Assembly: GCA_010909165.1 (NCBI GenBank)
Contig: MU008195.1
Span: 248,001 to 312,000 of the forward strand
Direction of reading: 5' to 3'
Length of the DNA stretch: 64,000 nt
Source: Anthoceros angustus
Taxonomy: Eukaryota; Plantae; Anthocerotophyta
Positions 48,480 through 61,988 of this stretch are shown one piece after another. How positions within the stretch are numbered: the stretch's first letter is position 1; the number at the start of each line of letters is the position of its first letter. The notes under the pieces were generated by a model. That model saw only the letters and a program-made list of their open reading frames with translations, did no database searches and was not told where the DNA came from. Position numbers and translations under genes: made by a program.

Positions 48480-49950
48480 GTGTGAAGGTTATGTGTATAG
48501 AACTAATCCTTACTGTTGCATATGTGCGAAGTTGCCCCGGAATCAAGATACCATCCGTCTTGTCCAGCAAAGAATAAGCAATACAAACAAAGTTTAATAT
48601 CCGATTGCTTGTCTTTGATTGCTAAACTAGTTGTGCTCTTAGGAGTCCTCTGAGGCTCGCCTGCTGTCTTCTTCTTGCATTCTCTGGCCCAGTGTCCAGC
48701 AATGCTGCACCAGCTGCACGTTCCTAGTCGCTTGGAAGGTGTAGATGAAGAAGCATCAGGTCTGCCCATTGGACCATCTCTGCCTCTCCCTTTTCCTTTG
48801 TTTGGTCGGAAACTGCTAACACCTTCTCTGCTTTGTTCTTATGAACACCTACAGAGAACATATGACTTTGCTCTTCCTGGTACAAAGTACCAATGACCTC
48901 TTCAATTGTGATTGTACTTCTACTTCTAGAAGCAGCACCAATCTGTGCACTGTGAATGGGACTATTATTGTACAAGTGGAGGCAAACTTGCTAAGAATTG
49001 TGCAACAAGAATCCAATTCGTCCATGCACAAAGTGTTAAGAGATTCTTGACTTGGTATGTTTTCTCCAATTGATTCCAGATGGAAGAGGCTTCCATGAGA
49101 TATTCCACATCAGGGACTGGATCAGAGTCTAGCCCCCCAACTAGCAAGACAATGAAGATGCTATTGTGATGTTCCCATAGAGCTATTTCAGCTGCTGTGG
49201 GGGTAGGGGTAGCAGTTGGATCTGGTTTCTTCCTGGAGCCATCGACAATGTCCCAGACTCCACGAGTTAGCAAGGTGGATTTCATTCGGACTTTCCATAT
49301 CTGGTACTTGTTACCATTAAAGCGATCCTTTTCCTTCAACTCGGATGTAAAGACAGGCTCAGAAGATGAAGTTCCAGACATCGTTTATGGTATGAACATG
49401 ATAATATTTGAAGTGGCTGAATATACAAAGCCTCTTCCGGCAGAATTGGAGCCGCTTCCAAAAAACTACACAGTAACTAAATCACGATTTTAGGTAATTT
49501 ACACGAGTCAGTGCTCCTGCTCCTACTCCTGGCACCGACCATCGCTGGAAAACCCGTCTCTACCCACATACTTTCTGAGAAAACGAAATGCTGGGTCCTT
49601 ACACTTTTGCATCTAGAGGCTTTGTTTGCCAGGGGTTGAAGCCCTAAGATGAGGTGAGCGGGAGCTGCTCGTAGAATCCTTGTACATCACACAAATTTGT
49701 TGGGTCCACAACGGGTCCAATTGCCATACTGTGGCCATCGTTTAGGGACAGCTGTTGGAAGATGAGTCCAACAACAGACTATGAAAGAATGCCCAGGAAG
49801 AGAAGAGGAGGGAAGAAAGAGGAAGGAAGAATCTTCTAGCTTGAAATACTAATGGGCTCAAGAGAGAGTATTGGAAGCCAAGCGTTATAAGAAGTATTTA
49901 GACATATATTATTGAGCTCTCGTATCGTATTCTACAAGTCTTCACCTCTT
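48480..49950 (-). mobile_element. Truncated Ty1/Copia LTR retrotransposon (gag and protease; possible 5' LTR at ~49753-49944)
   Basis: Gag N-terminus RFNGNKYQIWKVRMKSTLLTRGVWDIVDG; zinc knuckle CSWCSIAGHWAREC; protease WYLDSGATSHIC. Frameshifted, with no integrase or RT seen. The LTR call (TGTTGG...CA) is tentative. Confidence 0.85.
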
Positions 49951-51085
49951 CACCCAAAGTTTCCATGGCAGATCCGCTTGGCGACGTAACGGACGATCCT
50001 TGTGCAATTCCTGAAAGTGTGAAGTACTGTGACAAGAGTTGCACTATCAGTTGCCATCTCTAGGTAGCTTGGATGCCCTTATGGCTTGGGACTGGAGCTT
50101 GTGAGAACCTTGGATGGCATATATACACACCACTCCACGCTCAGTTCATCCATGTGGTCCATCGCCGTTCCATACAAGACTCAAATTTGCACTGGTCGAT
50201 ATCGCCCGTGTTGTTGCACGATCGTTCCTCAGTCTGGAAGCATGTTGCAACTTGCCGCTTGCAAGCGCGTACTGAGCAACATTCAGTCGTCGGATTCTTA
50301 TTCCGGGCCGCGGTGATGTGACGGTGGCTGCTGCGCTGTTGGTGGCATGATCGATCCATGCTTGCAAGCAATGATCGATCACTCCTTGATGGCAACATTT
50401 GAAGTGTATATTCTTCATCTTCTGCTGTTCGCAACCCAGCAAGACAGGCAGGTAATAAAGATCCGGAATAGAAGAGAAGAAGTAATCGGTGAGGGCAGCG
50501 CCAAAAATCCTAAACTGCCAGTACCCGGGGCTGCAGTCGGCGAACAAGATGTGGGTGGAGTCGGGGTAGCTCGGAATCTGCAGGGAGAAGGCGTGCGAAT
50601 ACTGGAGTGTTGAAGCCCACGGGGAGAAGGTCCAGGTAGCCCGGCTGCCGGATGCGGACGCAGCCCCCGTTGCCGTTTTCTCTCGCGATGTCGTTGTCCC
50701 AGGCCTTTTGAGAAACACCTTGGCTTTGGGGCCCTTTGGCACGGCTGCCCCCCTCCGACCGTAGCCCTTTGGCTACGGCCAACATACATGACAGACAGCA
50801 CAGGCCGTGCCAGGATGCCCAGGCAATGTCCATCACAACACCCCCCTTTTGCTACCAACGTTGAGAACTCTGAAAACTCTAAGCCTGATGAGGTTCGTGA
50901 CTACTGGAACCCCCTTTGTCAGACTACGAGGACATACAGCTGAACATTGCAAAAAATGAAGTACACCTCTCAAATTGAGATTCCCGAGGCCTACAATAGG
51001 CCTTTAAACTGCTCCTTGCTCTAACATCCTACTACTGCCCTATCCAACAAACGGATAGGGCCCCATTCTGGGCAGCCATGGGAAT

Positions 51086-51755
51086 CTAATCACCCTTCTT
51101 CCTGAAAGAGCATCCTTCGGTAAGGCGAGCTTTGCCGCCTGTCGGCTGGCAAAGCACGGTTGCACAGGCGGGGCAAGTAACAACTGTCGTCGCGTGGCTG
51201 AAGACCGTAGAGCTGCAGCAGAGCAAATAACGACTGCCGGTGAGTAGCCGACTAAAACCAGAGCACAGAACCAAGGCAGAAAAACCAAAGCTGCGTCAGG
51301 CAGGCATATGGACTTACATGGTGTAACATCCCTGGCACTTCACATCCTGAAGTGGCAGAAAAACGAGTCAGAACGTGAAACAAAGACTGTTGAGTCTGCA
51401 TGCCAACTTGTGAAACCTCAGCCTCCTAGGTTAAAGCTAAACAACAGCGAGAGGAGGATGAACGAACCATGAAAAAAGAGTTCGGGGACTGCACAAGTCG
51501 TTTCAACTTGTGCTTCCTTCTCTCCAGCTCAGGTGGGGGATGCAAGAGGTCAATATCACCGGAGAGCACCTGCAAAAAAAAAACCAGCGTTAGACACCAA
51601 ACGGAATGCACCGCTTCATGCAAAAAAAACACCTCCAACTGCAGTCGCAGCGCGCAAACAGCAAGTCCGCTCGTCTCAAAGACTTCGCATGCAAATTTAG
51701 GAAGCCGGAGGACAGATTCAAGCAGAGGGACACAGAGCAAGCCAAGGCGTACCAT
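51086..51755 (-). CDS. RPS27: 40S ribosomal protein S27 (eS27), 4 exons
   Basis: ATG|gt ... [34 protein letters not shown]|[10 protein letters not shown]|[41 protein letters not shown], with GT-AG introns. Confidence 0.96.
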
Positions 51756-51898
51756 GATTGAGAGCTAGTCGAATACGCCGGGAGCTCGAGGAAGAGGCCG
51801 TTGGCACGAGGGAGGCGCTGGAGGCGAGGTGCACAGGCGGCCAGAGAAAGATCGCTTTGGCAAGAGGAGGTGCTGAAGGCGAGCTGCGCATGCGTGAT

Positions 51899-52534
51899 TC
51901 ACTCACAACCGGTCCTGAATTGATTCTCACGACGACGCGGTCTGTGACACAGAACTTGTAAGCAAGCAACAAACCGTGTAAAGCAAGACAAACGCTGAGC
52001 ACTGACCACGATGTCTGCAGTGGACTTAAATATGGGTACTTCTTCGTCTTCCATACAGGTTAGCGTTTTAGGTCTACGAAATATAGAGCATGCTACTTTA
52101 GCGATAGTTTCAGAATTTCCATAACGTGTTTCTGGATCCCAGTCTTGGAGATCGAAGTATCCTGGCTGCCGGACTCGGACGTAGCCTCCGTTGCCGTATT
52201 CCCCGGTTCCGCACGCCAGGAACACATTGTGGCCTTTCTTCACGGCTGGCCCTCTCCATGGGTACCCGGACTTGTAGTCCGCGTCCATGTGCAGGGCCGA
52301 CAGGCTTGCCAGCACCATCAGCGCAGCAGGCACCATCCCATTATTATTGCCGCGGCCCGCCATGCTCCATGTCCCGGAATCAGAATCCGAACCATCGCTG
52401 CTGAGGACGGGCTTAATTGCAGGCGTCAAGCTTCTCGGCTGCGGAACGATCGTCCGAGGTGACAGACGATATGACCAGATGGCCAGAGCAATTTGAACTC
52501 TTGAATGGAATGGAGATGGAAGACATGGATGCAC
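51899..52534 (-). CDS. Unknown ORF (155-211 aa) with a rearranged paralogous remnant at 50090-50840
   Basis: Open frame with a hydrophobic stretch and GEYGNGGYVRVRQPGYFDL; the related ENGNGGCVRIRQPGYLDL occurs in ORF 50510..50836. Confidence 0.4.
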   Translation of the reverse strand: MHPCLPSPFHSRVQIALAIWSYRLSPRTIVPQPRSLTPAIKPVLSSDGSDSDSGTWSMAGRGNNNGMVPAALMVLASLSALHMDADYKSGYPWRGPAVKKGHNVFLACGTGEYGNGGYVRVRQPGYFDLQDWDPETRYGNSETIAKVACSIFRRPKTLTCMEDEEVPIFKSTADIVVSAQRLSCFTRFVACLQVLCHRPRRRENQFRTGCE

Positions 52535-52879
52535 GGAGCCTATCTATGATATCCAAGGTTCCCACAAGCTCCAGTCCCAAGCCTTAAGGCATAAGGGCAT
52601 CCAAGCGTCCTAGGGACGGCAGCAGACCGGTGAAACTATTTTTTCACTCTAAGGAATAACGCAAGGAGGACAAGCTACGTACCTCGCCAAGCGAGCCACA
52701 ATACCTACACATATACCTAAATGCACTGCCGACGCACGACTTGGAGGCTCAACGCGAAATCTTGCATCGCGAGGATACCTCAGTCTCGGAAATTGGACTG
52801 CCGGACGTGTTTTTTGTATCACATCATTTTCTTTCGTTATGTTTCTGGCCGGGTGGATTGTAGGATTGCAAGAAAGATG

Positions 52880-54695
52880 GCACCAAAAATGACTCCACAG
52901 TCCACACAGCACAGTGCCGCTCCTTTGTCTCAGGCATCCACATGGCACAACATTTCCTCCTCCACCATCAGCTGCTTATACAACTCCTTGCCCACATGTA
53001 GCAACGCCGGCATCGAGGATGCAGGCTCACCTGGCGGGATAGCTTCGGAATCTGTCTGTGTGAACTGGTGTCCTTTGGGTATAATAACAGGATGGAGCCG
53101 TGCACTAGTACTCCGGTCACAGTGAAGGCATGTCTTGGTGGTGTAAGCTTGCAATTTTCTGAACTTGAACGTGAACCTCTTCTGCCTCCTGCTGCTACTC
53201 AGCCTGAATTTTCCAAGAGATCAGTCATGGGCCTATCTGTCGTCCAAGCAGATACAGTTGGACTGGCTCCAGCTCAAGATTGCATCGAGATTTATGACCG
53301 ATCAGGATTCAGTTGCTGTTTGGTCCCGAGGAGGGAGCAATTTGCTAGATCTGGACCAAATGTGATAGGGGCTCGTAACGTTCTGGAGTAACTCGTAAAA
53401 TTGTGTGCCGCTGCTGCTTCTGGATGAGTAACCCGTAAAATTGTGTGTCGCTACTGCTTCTGGATGAGCCAACCAATTCCAAATCTATGCTGGACATCGC
53501 AGCTCGACTTTGAAGCTTACTTCAATGGCAGAAGGGACTTAGAGTGATTTCCGTCTAACAGTCTGGAAAATAGTGGCCAACCAGGTTTCTATTTTTTCAT
53601 ACCTAGATGGCCAGGTGGTGGAAGTCCTGCAAGAGGATGGGTTGCGGACTGCATCTCTTATTTCAGGAGAGGTGAATGTAGATACTTCTAGTGACAGACA
53701 AACAATGCAAACGGTGACCGATGCCAAAAGGGGAGGCTACACATATTTATCCTATCCCATTCTTGGACTGCCGTCTCCTCCACTCGCAAGGCCGCCAGAC
53801 GTGTTATCCGCAAACATTGAGTACGGAACCGCAGTGATGAACACGTCATCCCCAGGCAAAAAGGGGCCATCCTGAGAGCTGTGAGGCAGAGTTTCGTTAT
53901 GCGTATTCCTACCTTGGTTGTGGACCACCCTGAGGATCAAAGCATATCTTCGGAGCATAACCAAAGTCTACACGTTGCCCAGGACGATTGCTTCTTTTGT
54001 TGCATCAATGCACGTGGTCAGATCGAAGAAGATAAAAGGGGCAACCTCCTGGTGAGGGACAAAGTACAAGTCCTCGAATGTATTGTGAAGCCCGTCAATG
54101 AATGCAAGTATCTTGCAGACAAGCCCAAAGCTTTCACACAATCAATGCTTGTCGAGCCACTGGTAGGCACTGATAGCCTAGTCCTCACCAAGACGATAGC
54201 AGGAGAAGTCGGACTCCTGCATACTGTAAGTGATTGTTTCAGTGCTTTCCCCAGCAGTCGTAGACAACAGCTTATCCGAGGTGAAGTGAAAGGAAGGTAT
54301 ACACACGTCTATCCAGACTTTGATGAATGGAATCCTGGAGGGAGCTCTCAAACAAGAGCGGATCTGCTGATCATCATGACCAGCGTCATCGCTAAGGTCA
54401 AGGAAATAGAGGTGAAAATCCGTAGCGCAACCAGAGGGCTGTACTGGTCATCACAACAGCATTGCAATTCGCTTCAGAGTTCAGGATTAGACTACGTCGT
54501 AGCCCCAAGTGCCTAGGATCAAACCTGCAAAGCCTTGACTCCGGACGCTCTCAGGTATCCTTCCCCACACACGCTGCGCAGGTGCAAGAAACAGCTTCTG
54601 GTGCGGCTTCCCTCCTCAGGACAACCGCACCAGAAGCTGAGACAGCACAAAGAATGGCTCCCGTACTTCATGAATTCATAGAGGAGAGGAGTTGA
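52880..54695 (+). pseudogene. Probable decayed ORF of unknown family
   Basis: A run of co-oriented 77-211-aa protein-like fragments broken by stops and frameshifts, including a ~40-bp tandem duplication at ~53387-53468. No family recognised. Confidence 0.3.
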
Positions 54696-55814
54696 GGAAC
54701 TCATCACCCGTAGCAGAGCTGTAGATGCAGTTTCCAGGCTTGCTTCCGAAAGGCGCAGGTCCTCTGTTTGAACGAGGCTCTCTTTTGTCTAACTGTACTA
54801 GGCCATTCTTGTCCTAAGTTCCTTCCCCTTCCCTGCAGCTGCCATACGGATATGCTCGCAAGCTGCCATCACCCGCTCTGCCACGATGTGCACGCCTCGA
54901 CCAGCAGAGCTCCAGGAAGGCGACGGTGAACGCAGCGTCTCACCTAACGGGACGGAAAGCAAAACGGGCCCCGTCGCCGCCCGCCAGGCGGCTCCGTTTC
55001 TGGAAGCCAAGCCCTCTCCACATTAGCGAGCAATCATCGGACGCGGCGGCTGGACGCCGCGCCCGAGGAGTGCCTGTCACGCTTCATGGCCCATGCACTG
55101 CACTCAGTCCCGCATCCCGCATGGCATGGCTCATGGACCAGATGCATGCGCACACTGAGCCCGGGCGGGTACGTGTCCACACGCTGACGCGGTAATTGTG
55201 GGCTAAATTCAAAATTTGGAGACAGAATTACCCAAAATGTGTTTCTTGATTCGCTCGGGAATCTTGCCAGCCAATAAGGTTGGTGTGGCCCCGCTGCAGG
55301 TGCAGCGAACCGGGCCAACCGCAATTTGGTTGGGCTGACGTCGCCGCGAGGCGGGGACCGGGTGCACCGAACCGTGCCCGGTCGCCGCCCCCCCGGCACC
55401 GACCGGTCCTGCGGCGCCCAGGTGCATCCCCCCCGGGCCCTTCTTCCTCGTCCCTCGCTCCCGCTGTGCTAGCTGCAAGTGAATGCACCTGCCTCGCCAC
55501 GCTCTGCTCTAATCGCAGCGCGCTGCGTCCACGACCTCGCACTCTGCCTTCTTCTCATCCCTTCGCCTCTGGTTTCTGTGATCGAGCTCCGGCTCGCTGC
55601 TTCCCAGCAACTCCCGGGACGGGCTCTCTTTTCGGCGAGCTCGGCCACTGGATCGTGGCGGATTAGGTTTTTCTGGCGCAGTTCCTCTCGACCATGTCGA
55701 ATTTCCGGCTCGTGCTCGGGCGCGCTTGCGGCGGAGTCGTGTGCCTTGCCACTGCGGAGTGTTGCTGCCGGTGTTGTAGGCCCAATCCTTGGAGACGGAG
55801 TTTCGGGTGAGAGC

Positions 55815-55914
55815 AGCCGAGAAGAGACGAGGAGAGGCGAAGAGAAGAGAAGAGAAGAGAACAAAAGAGAGGAGAAGACGGGAGAAGAGAACAGAAGGAA
55901 GGAGAGGAGGAGGG
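55815..55914 (+). repeat. Purine-rich (GAGAA-like) low-complexity tract in the SHMT 5' leader
   Basis: GAGAAGAGAAGAGAAGAGAAGAGAACAAAAGAGAGGAGAAG... directly upstream of the ATG. Confidence 0.7.
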
Positions 55915-55957
55915 TTTGCATTTTGTGAGGGACGGAACGGGTGAGTTGCTGTGGTGG

Positions 55958-58340
55958 ATGGACAACAAGCAGGAGATGAAGCCGGGGTTGTCGCTGGGGT
56001 ACGCGGCGGGGGCAGAGGGGCAGGGGCTTGCAGAGCTCGCTGCAGCTGGGGGTGAATCAGGAGGCAGGAGTATACATATGCAGCTGCAGGACGGGGGCGG
56101 TCAGCACAATGTGATGCAGCTGGGAGGGATGCAGGGGCAGGAGGGGTCGCTGCACAGCCCTATCGCGCAGCCGGCGTCTCAGAATTCGCTGCCGCTGCAG
56201 CTGCTGAATCACGGGGGACGGGGAATGGGGAAGGGGAATTTGCAGTCTCCGAGTGTGGGGAGTGGGAAGCACGGGTTCAGTCATCTGGGGAGCGGGCCCG
56301 CCTCGAAGAAGCGGAAGGAGAGTAGTTTGCAGCGGGAGAGCCCGTTTCGGTCTCCGGCGACGCATCTGCAGGGCGGGACTCCGCCTGTGAGCCCGCGTCG
56401 GATGATGGTGCCGCAGGCGACGTCGCAGGGGGCGTTTCAGTCGGTGCAGCCGAGCTCCGAGGCCAACGCGGCCTTCAAGAAGGTGATGACGGGGCTGCAG
56501 CCGCAGGCGGGCGGGGTGGCGCAGGGCCCGGGCTCAGGCGCGTTCCACCAGGTGCAGGAGCACCCACATTCGCAGTCCGACGGGATGTGGGATGCCAGGA
56601 GGCTGCAGGTGAGGTCTTGGGGGAACCAGCCGTTGTCTGTTGTGGACCCCGTTCTGTGGGACTTGATGGAGCGGGAGAAGACCCGGCAGTGGAGGGGGAT
56701 AGAGCTTATTGCTTCGGAGAACTTCGTGTCGCAGGCGGTGATGGAGGCGTTGGGGAGCCATCTGACGAACAAGTACTCGGAGGGCATGCCGTTTGCCAGG
56801 TACTACGGGGGGAACGAATACATCGACCAGATTGAGACCCTGTGCTGCGAGAGGGCCCTGCAGGCGTTCCACCTGAATCCGGAGCACTGGGGCGTGAATG
56901 TGCAGCCCTACTCCTGCACGTCGGCCAACTTCGCTGTCTACACTGCGCTGCTGCATCCCAAGGACAGGATTATGGGGCTGGATTCCCGCTCGGGAGGGCA
57001 TCTCAGCCACGGGTATTACACCTCGAGTGGGAGGAAGGTGTCTGTGGCTTCCAACTTCTTCGAGAGCTTCCCCTACAAGGTGCACCCGCAGACGGGCTAT
57101 ATCGACTACGTGAAGCTGGAGGAGAAGGCTATGGACTATCGCCCCAAGATCCTCATCTGCGGGGGCAGTGCTTACCCGAGGGAGTGGGACTTCGCAAGGT
57201 TCCGTCAGATCGCAAACAAGTGCGGAGCTGTCCTTATGTGCGATATGGCGCACATCTCCGGCCTGGTTGCTGCCCAGGTAAAGCAACCCGAGCTCTTATC
57301 ATCCGCATCCTTCGCTTGTCTCACATCCATCTGGTCCCTCGACTCATTTGGAGTATGTGTATGTGTGTTTGGTGCTGCTACCTACAGGAATGCAACAACC
57401 CTTTTGACTACTGTGACGTCGTCACCAGCACTACGCACAAGATACTCAGGGGACCTCGAGCCGGGATCATCTTCTATCGGAAAGGCCCCAAGCCCGCCAG
57501 GAGGGCTTTTAGTTTGTACGGTGGCGAGGAGTCCTTGCAGTATGATTTCGAAGATAAGATCAACTTTGCAGTCTTCCCTCAGCTACAAGGCGGTCCGCAC
57601 AACAACTGCATAGCTGCTTTAGCGGTAGCTCTTCTTCAGGCTAATAGTCCGGAGTACAAAGTTTACATCCAGCAAGTGAAGAAAAATGCCAGAAGACTGG
57701 CATCCGCTTTGATTCGGAGGAACTGCAGGCTGGTCACAGATGGAACTGACAACCATCTCATACTGTGGGATTTGCGTGGCTTTGGCCTCACCGGTACTCC
57801 CCTCACTTTTCTGTTCATGCCGTCGGCTGTGGTTCCCGGTGTAGGTCTATGGTGCCGTTCCGAGATCATTTCCTCATTGTTCTCTTCACGTTGCAACCCA
57901 GGAAACTTGTACGAGAAAGTTTGTGAAGCTTGCCACCTGACCTTAAACAAGAACGCGGTCTTTGGTGACTGTAGTGCTTTCGCTCCTGGAGGTGTGCGGC
58001 TCGGTAAGCAACCACCCATCGTTATCCATATTCCCAAACATGAGCTGGTTATGCATGGGTATGTGCTCTCTTGTGCTCATGTCTGGCTTTTGCAGGAACT
58101 CCGGCTATGACTTCAAGAGGCTGCACGGAGGAAGATTTTGAGGTGATCGCCGATTTCTTGTATAGAGCTGTTCAAATAGCTCGAGGTATCTCAAGGGAGC
58201 ATGGTAAACTGCCGAAAGACTTTGTGAAGGGCATCGAGAACAACAAGGCCATCCAGGAGTTGAGGCAGGCAGTTGAGGACTTCGCCCGCAATCTGGAGAT
58301 GCCAGGCTTCGATTTAACAACTATGAAGTACAAGCCTTGA
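55958..58340 (+). CDS. SHMT: Serine hydroxymethyltransferase, SHM6/SHM7-like clade with long N-terminal extension; exons 55958-57277, 57388-57793, 57902-58003, 58096-58340
   Basis: [63 protein letters not shown]|[36 protein letters not shown]|TPAMTSRG. Basic motif KKRK in the extension. Confidence 0.95.
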
Positions 58341-59199
58341 GCCTGGGTTGCATCCTGATCTGTATATATCCAAGATCCAGGTCTTCACGATGGGCTATGG
58401 GTATGTCAGTGGGGAAAGGGAGCTGCACCGAGAGCTCAGGTGGGACTTGTTCTTCCATCACTACGGCCTCGCCACTGGCCTTAGTGATGCAAGAACATCT
58501 GCTTCCACCCGCATGGCTCTGCCATTCGTGCTTTTCCGGGGCCGGACAGCTACCGTGCTCCCTCCACTGCCAAGGTTGCAATTGTGGCAACTCTGCAGCA
58601 AGTGTATCTATGGTGTCTCTCTGTGTCCTCTTGTGTTCAGAGCATTGGCAGCGCGTACTGTTGGAATAATAAAGGTACCTAGTCACTTTTGGATACAACA
58701 AAGCTCAAGTGCCACCCGAGTCTCAGCCAGATTCGTGGGCTCCTCCCTTGATCCCGGATTCACATCTAAATGGAGGATGCAAATTTGTGTTGTGTAGGAG
58801 GCAGGTGGATGCGACGAACCTTCATGGATCTTGCGGTAATCTGCATTTCTGTTAGGTACACTGTATCTGACAGCCAAAGGGTGACGAGGAAGGACCAGAT
58901 GCAGCCGCTTGGGCAAAGGTGACAGCACATGTTGGATGCATTAGGACTGCTGGCCTTTGGCGTACTGACCAGACCACCCAAGGTGCATCTTTGGCGGGCT
59001 TGCCAGATTAGCTGGAATCTGTTCGGAAGATTCAATGAAATGTGTACCACCAACTTTGTACTATCTGTGCGCCATGCATACTGGCCCACTGTTTCTTGTT
59101 CTGCCGCCCGTCGTATTCCAACCTTGAGTGAGCTGGCAGAGAGGCCCTTCGTAGAATATTCCGACGCAATTCGCAAACCTACTTGGCATCTAATATCTA

Positions 59200-61400
59200 A
59201 CAAATCTTTTTTGAGCGAAAAATATCTAACAGGTGGTGTTGATTGTGCTGTTTTATATACTGAATACGTACCAATTAGGTTTGGAAGGAAACTATAAAGT
59301 ACATATTTTTCTTCGCAGTTTACTTGTAGTGTAAATGAGTGGAAGGAAGCTATAAAATACATATTTGTCTTAGTAGTTTACTTGTCATATATAAAAGTTA
59401 AATAAGTAAAATAGATCTTATTTTAAGAAAAGTAGCTAGGAGAACTAGAGCTTAAGGTTGTTCCTTGCCAATTGGAAGTGCTGAGTGTTTGACTCATTAG
59501 TAACCCTGAACAAATCTTGTTCTATTTTAGATTAGTTTGAAGGTTAAGCCTCCCTTTTCTGTATGGACCACCATGATTATTCCTTGTCCTCATCTATAGA
59601 CTTCTCACTATGCTATGCTTTTAGCAAGGACTTGTGTAAAGATTTTTGTTGAAACAAAATATTACAGCACATAAATTGATGAGATTTGGATATCATGAGA
59701 TAAGTGGTATAGCAGCTGAAAAAGATGGGATAAAACTAGCCAAAAGAAAGCTATAAGTTGTATGAACATCATCATCATAGCCTACAGACAACTATAAGTC
59801 ATATGAACATCAGCATCAAAGATTTTATTTTCCATGTGGTTCAACATGTGGTTTAGTAGCCCATCATACATACATATATTAGAGGGCTTCAAAGAGAATA
59901 ATATGAAGGCCCCGAAGGACCTTACAATAGCCAGGCCCCGTCGTTTTGAGGCCCTTCAACAGACAACGCCATAAAGGGGTTACAACAAGCAACCCCTTAG
60001 GACCTTAATACTCGGGATGAGTAAGGAGCATCCCATCCCATTGGTATTCCAATTGCAGGTTGTTTTACTTGTGAAGTTTTGATAAATTCTTGTTGAGATG
60101 TTATTCGTGAAGGAGAAGGGATGAAAATTTATTTATCATCAAAGAACTATACTACTTTAGGGAAAAATTATTTATCATGCAAAAAATATATGTATTACTT
60201 CATGATGTATAAAATTATTTGACTTCAAAAGAAGAAGAAGAAGAATTTTGTTTAAGTCCACTAAGGACGGATTTCCGTCATGGGACTTGGTACTTAACAA
60301 CTTGTACCATGGTGTGCCTAAGCTACTTGCACCAAGGACATCCACTCCCTTTAGGCACCTCATCTAAGTACCGATCCAAGCTCAGGATGCTTAATCACGG
60401 CGTTCTTATACATTTGTGTGTCCATTTAGCCTAAGCCATTTGGACATTTGGAAAAGGTTTTAAACTCTTATTTCGATGTTTTCTGCTGAAAACGATCAAG
60501 CTCTGGTCTAATGTCACTCTTGAAGTAGAATGGAGGAAAAGTTATTGATCATTGAGAACTACATTACTTTAGAGGAAAAGAATATCTTTCATGGAAGAAG
60601 CAGAGTCCTCTTACATTAAAGTGAGATTCGAACCCATACCCTTCACGATTTGTAGGATTTGTCCCTCTGCACTTTAGACCAACAACAACAACTTTATTTA
60701 TGTTCGTTAAGGGTAGAAAGACCACCATGGGACTAAGGAAGTACAGCATAAAAGAAGTAAAAAACAGAGTACACAAGGAAGTACATATAACATAAAAGAG
60801 GTAAAAAATAGAGTACACATACGTATGTATGAACTTATGAGATAGTAACTCATTGAGTTAACAGAACTAATTGCGGTATCCAGCCACAATTTCTATGAAG
60901 GTGCCTCCCCTTTAGGATATTTTTATAAAGGTACCTCCTCTTTAGGATTTGTCCCTCAAACTGGATCCTTAGACCAACTGCGTTATCCCGATACAATATC
61001 CATAAAAGGTACCTACAAATGTATGATTGAGGATAATTAAAAATTATTGAATATATTTGAAAAAAATTAATATCACACCGCATGATATTCATCATATCTT
61101 TTATGTACACCCATGGCAATTGGACTATTTACTCTTTCTAGAAGCTATCAATATACTCCCACATATGAGGAAGGATGTCCTAGAAATCTATACAAATATA
61201 TTATTATCAACAAACAAAACTAGTTAATAGGTAGTTAAAAATAATACCTATTATTTTGAAGAGGTATTAAATAGATATTATGAGATAGGTACGTAGATAT
61301 AATATTTACTTGGTAGCAGTCAAATTTGTAGTGGATGTACGGTGAATCAAACAAATTTCTAGTGGATGTACGGTGAATCAAACATGTGTGAAGCAAATCA
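59200..61400. repeat. AT-rich intergenic region with short direct repeats, probably non-autonomous TE debris
   Basis: Low GC and no credible ORFs. Duplications include AATTTGTAGTGGATGTACGGTGAATCAAACA twice at ~61323-61384. Confidence 0.4.
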
Positions 61401-61988
61401 AGTTGAACGACGGAATCTGAAGGCTTATTTCAATACCAACAAAACCATGTAATGTAAAATTTCGAAATCCCTCAGTGGCACATAGTGCACAAGGTGGGCT
61501 ACACGGAAACCGGACGATTTCAGGTTGCCTAGATGGACACTTCCGGAGACCGCGTAGTGGTTCCGTCTGCTGCTCTACAGGCGATAAAACACACCTGGTT
61601 GTCTCATCTGAGTTGTAAAGGGGTAATGCAACCGACAGTGCTCACAGAGCACTCGCAAGTTGGAAGAAAAGCCTTGAACATCCAAGTCACTTGTAGAGGC
61701 GTATGTCCCACAGATGAATCGCATGAGGTTGAGAATCGTCAAACACATGCATTCCCAATTCCCTTGAACTGACTTGCACCTTCTGCAGGTTCAGCGGCTT
61801 CTTGAAGATGGGCATAATGAAGATAAGAGTAGTTGGAGTTTCTCCGCATACATAATGCTCGCACCCTGCCTTGTCAGCCAGTGTAGACATTGTCCTCCAC
61901 AAAAGTTGAGGACGCCTTCTGAACTGACAGTCAAACCTCCAGACCACTCTGCAACTATCAAAGTTGGCAGCAAAGCACTTTGCGTGAC

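Noticed and set aside
56534-57286. 250-aa minus-strand ORF and the alternate-frame start of 56842-58110
   Set aside because: These are shadow frames of the GC-rich SHMT coding sequence.
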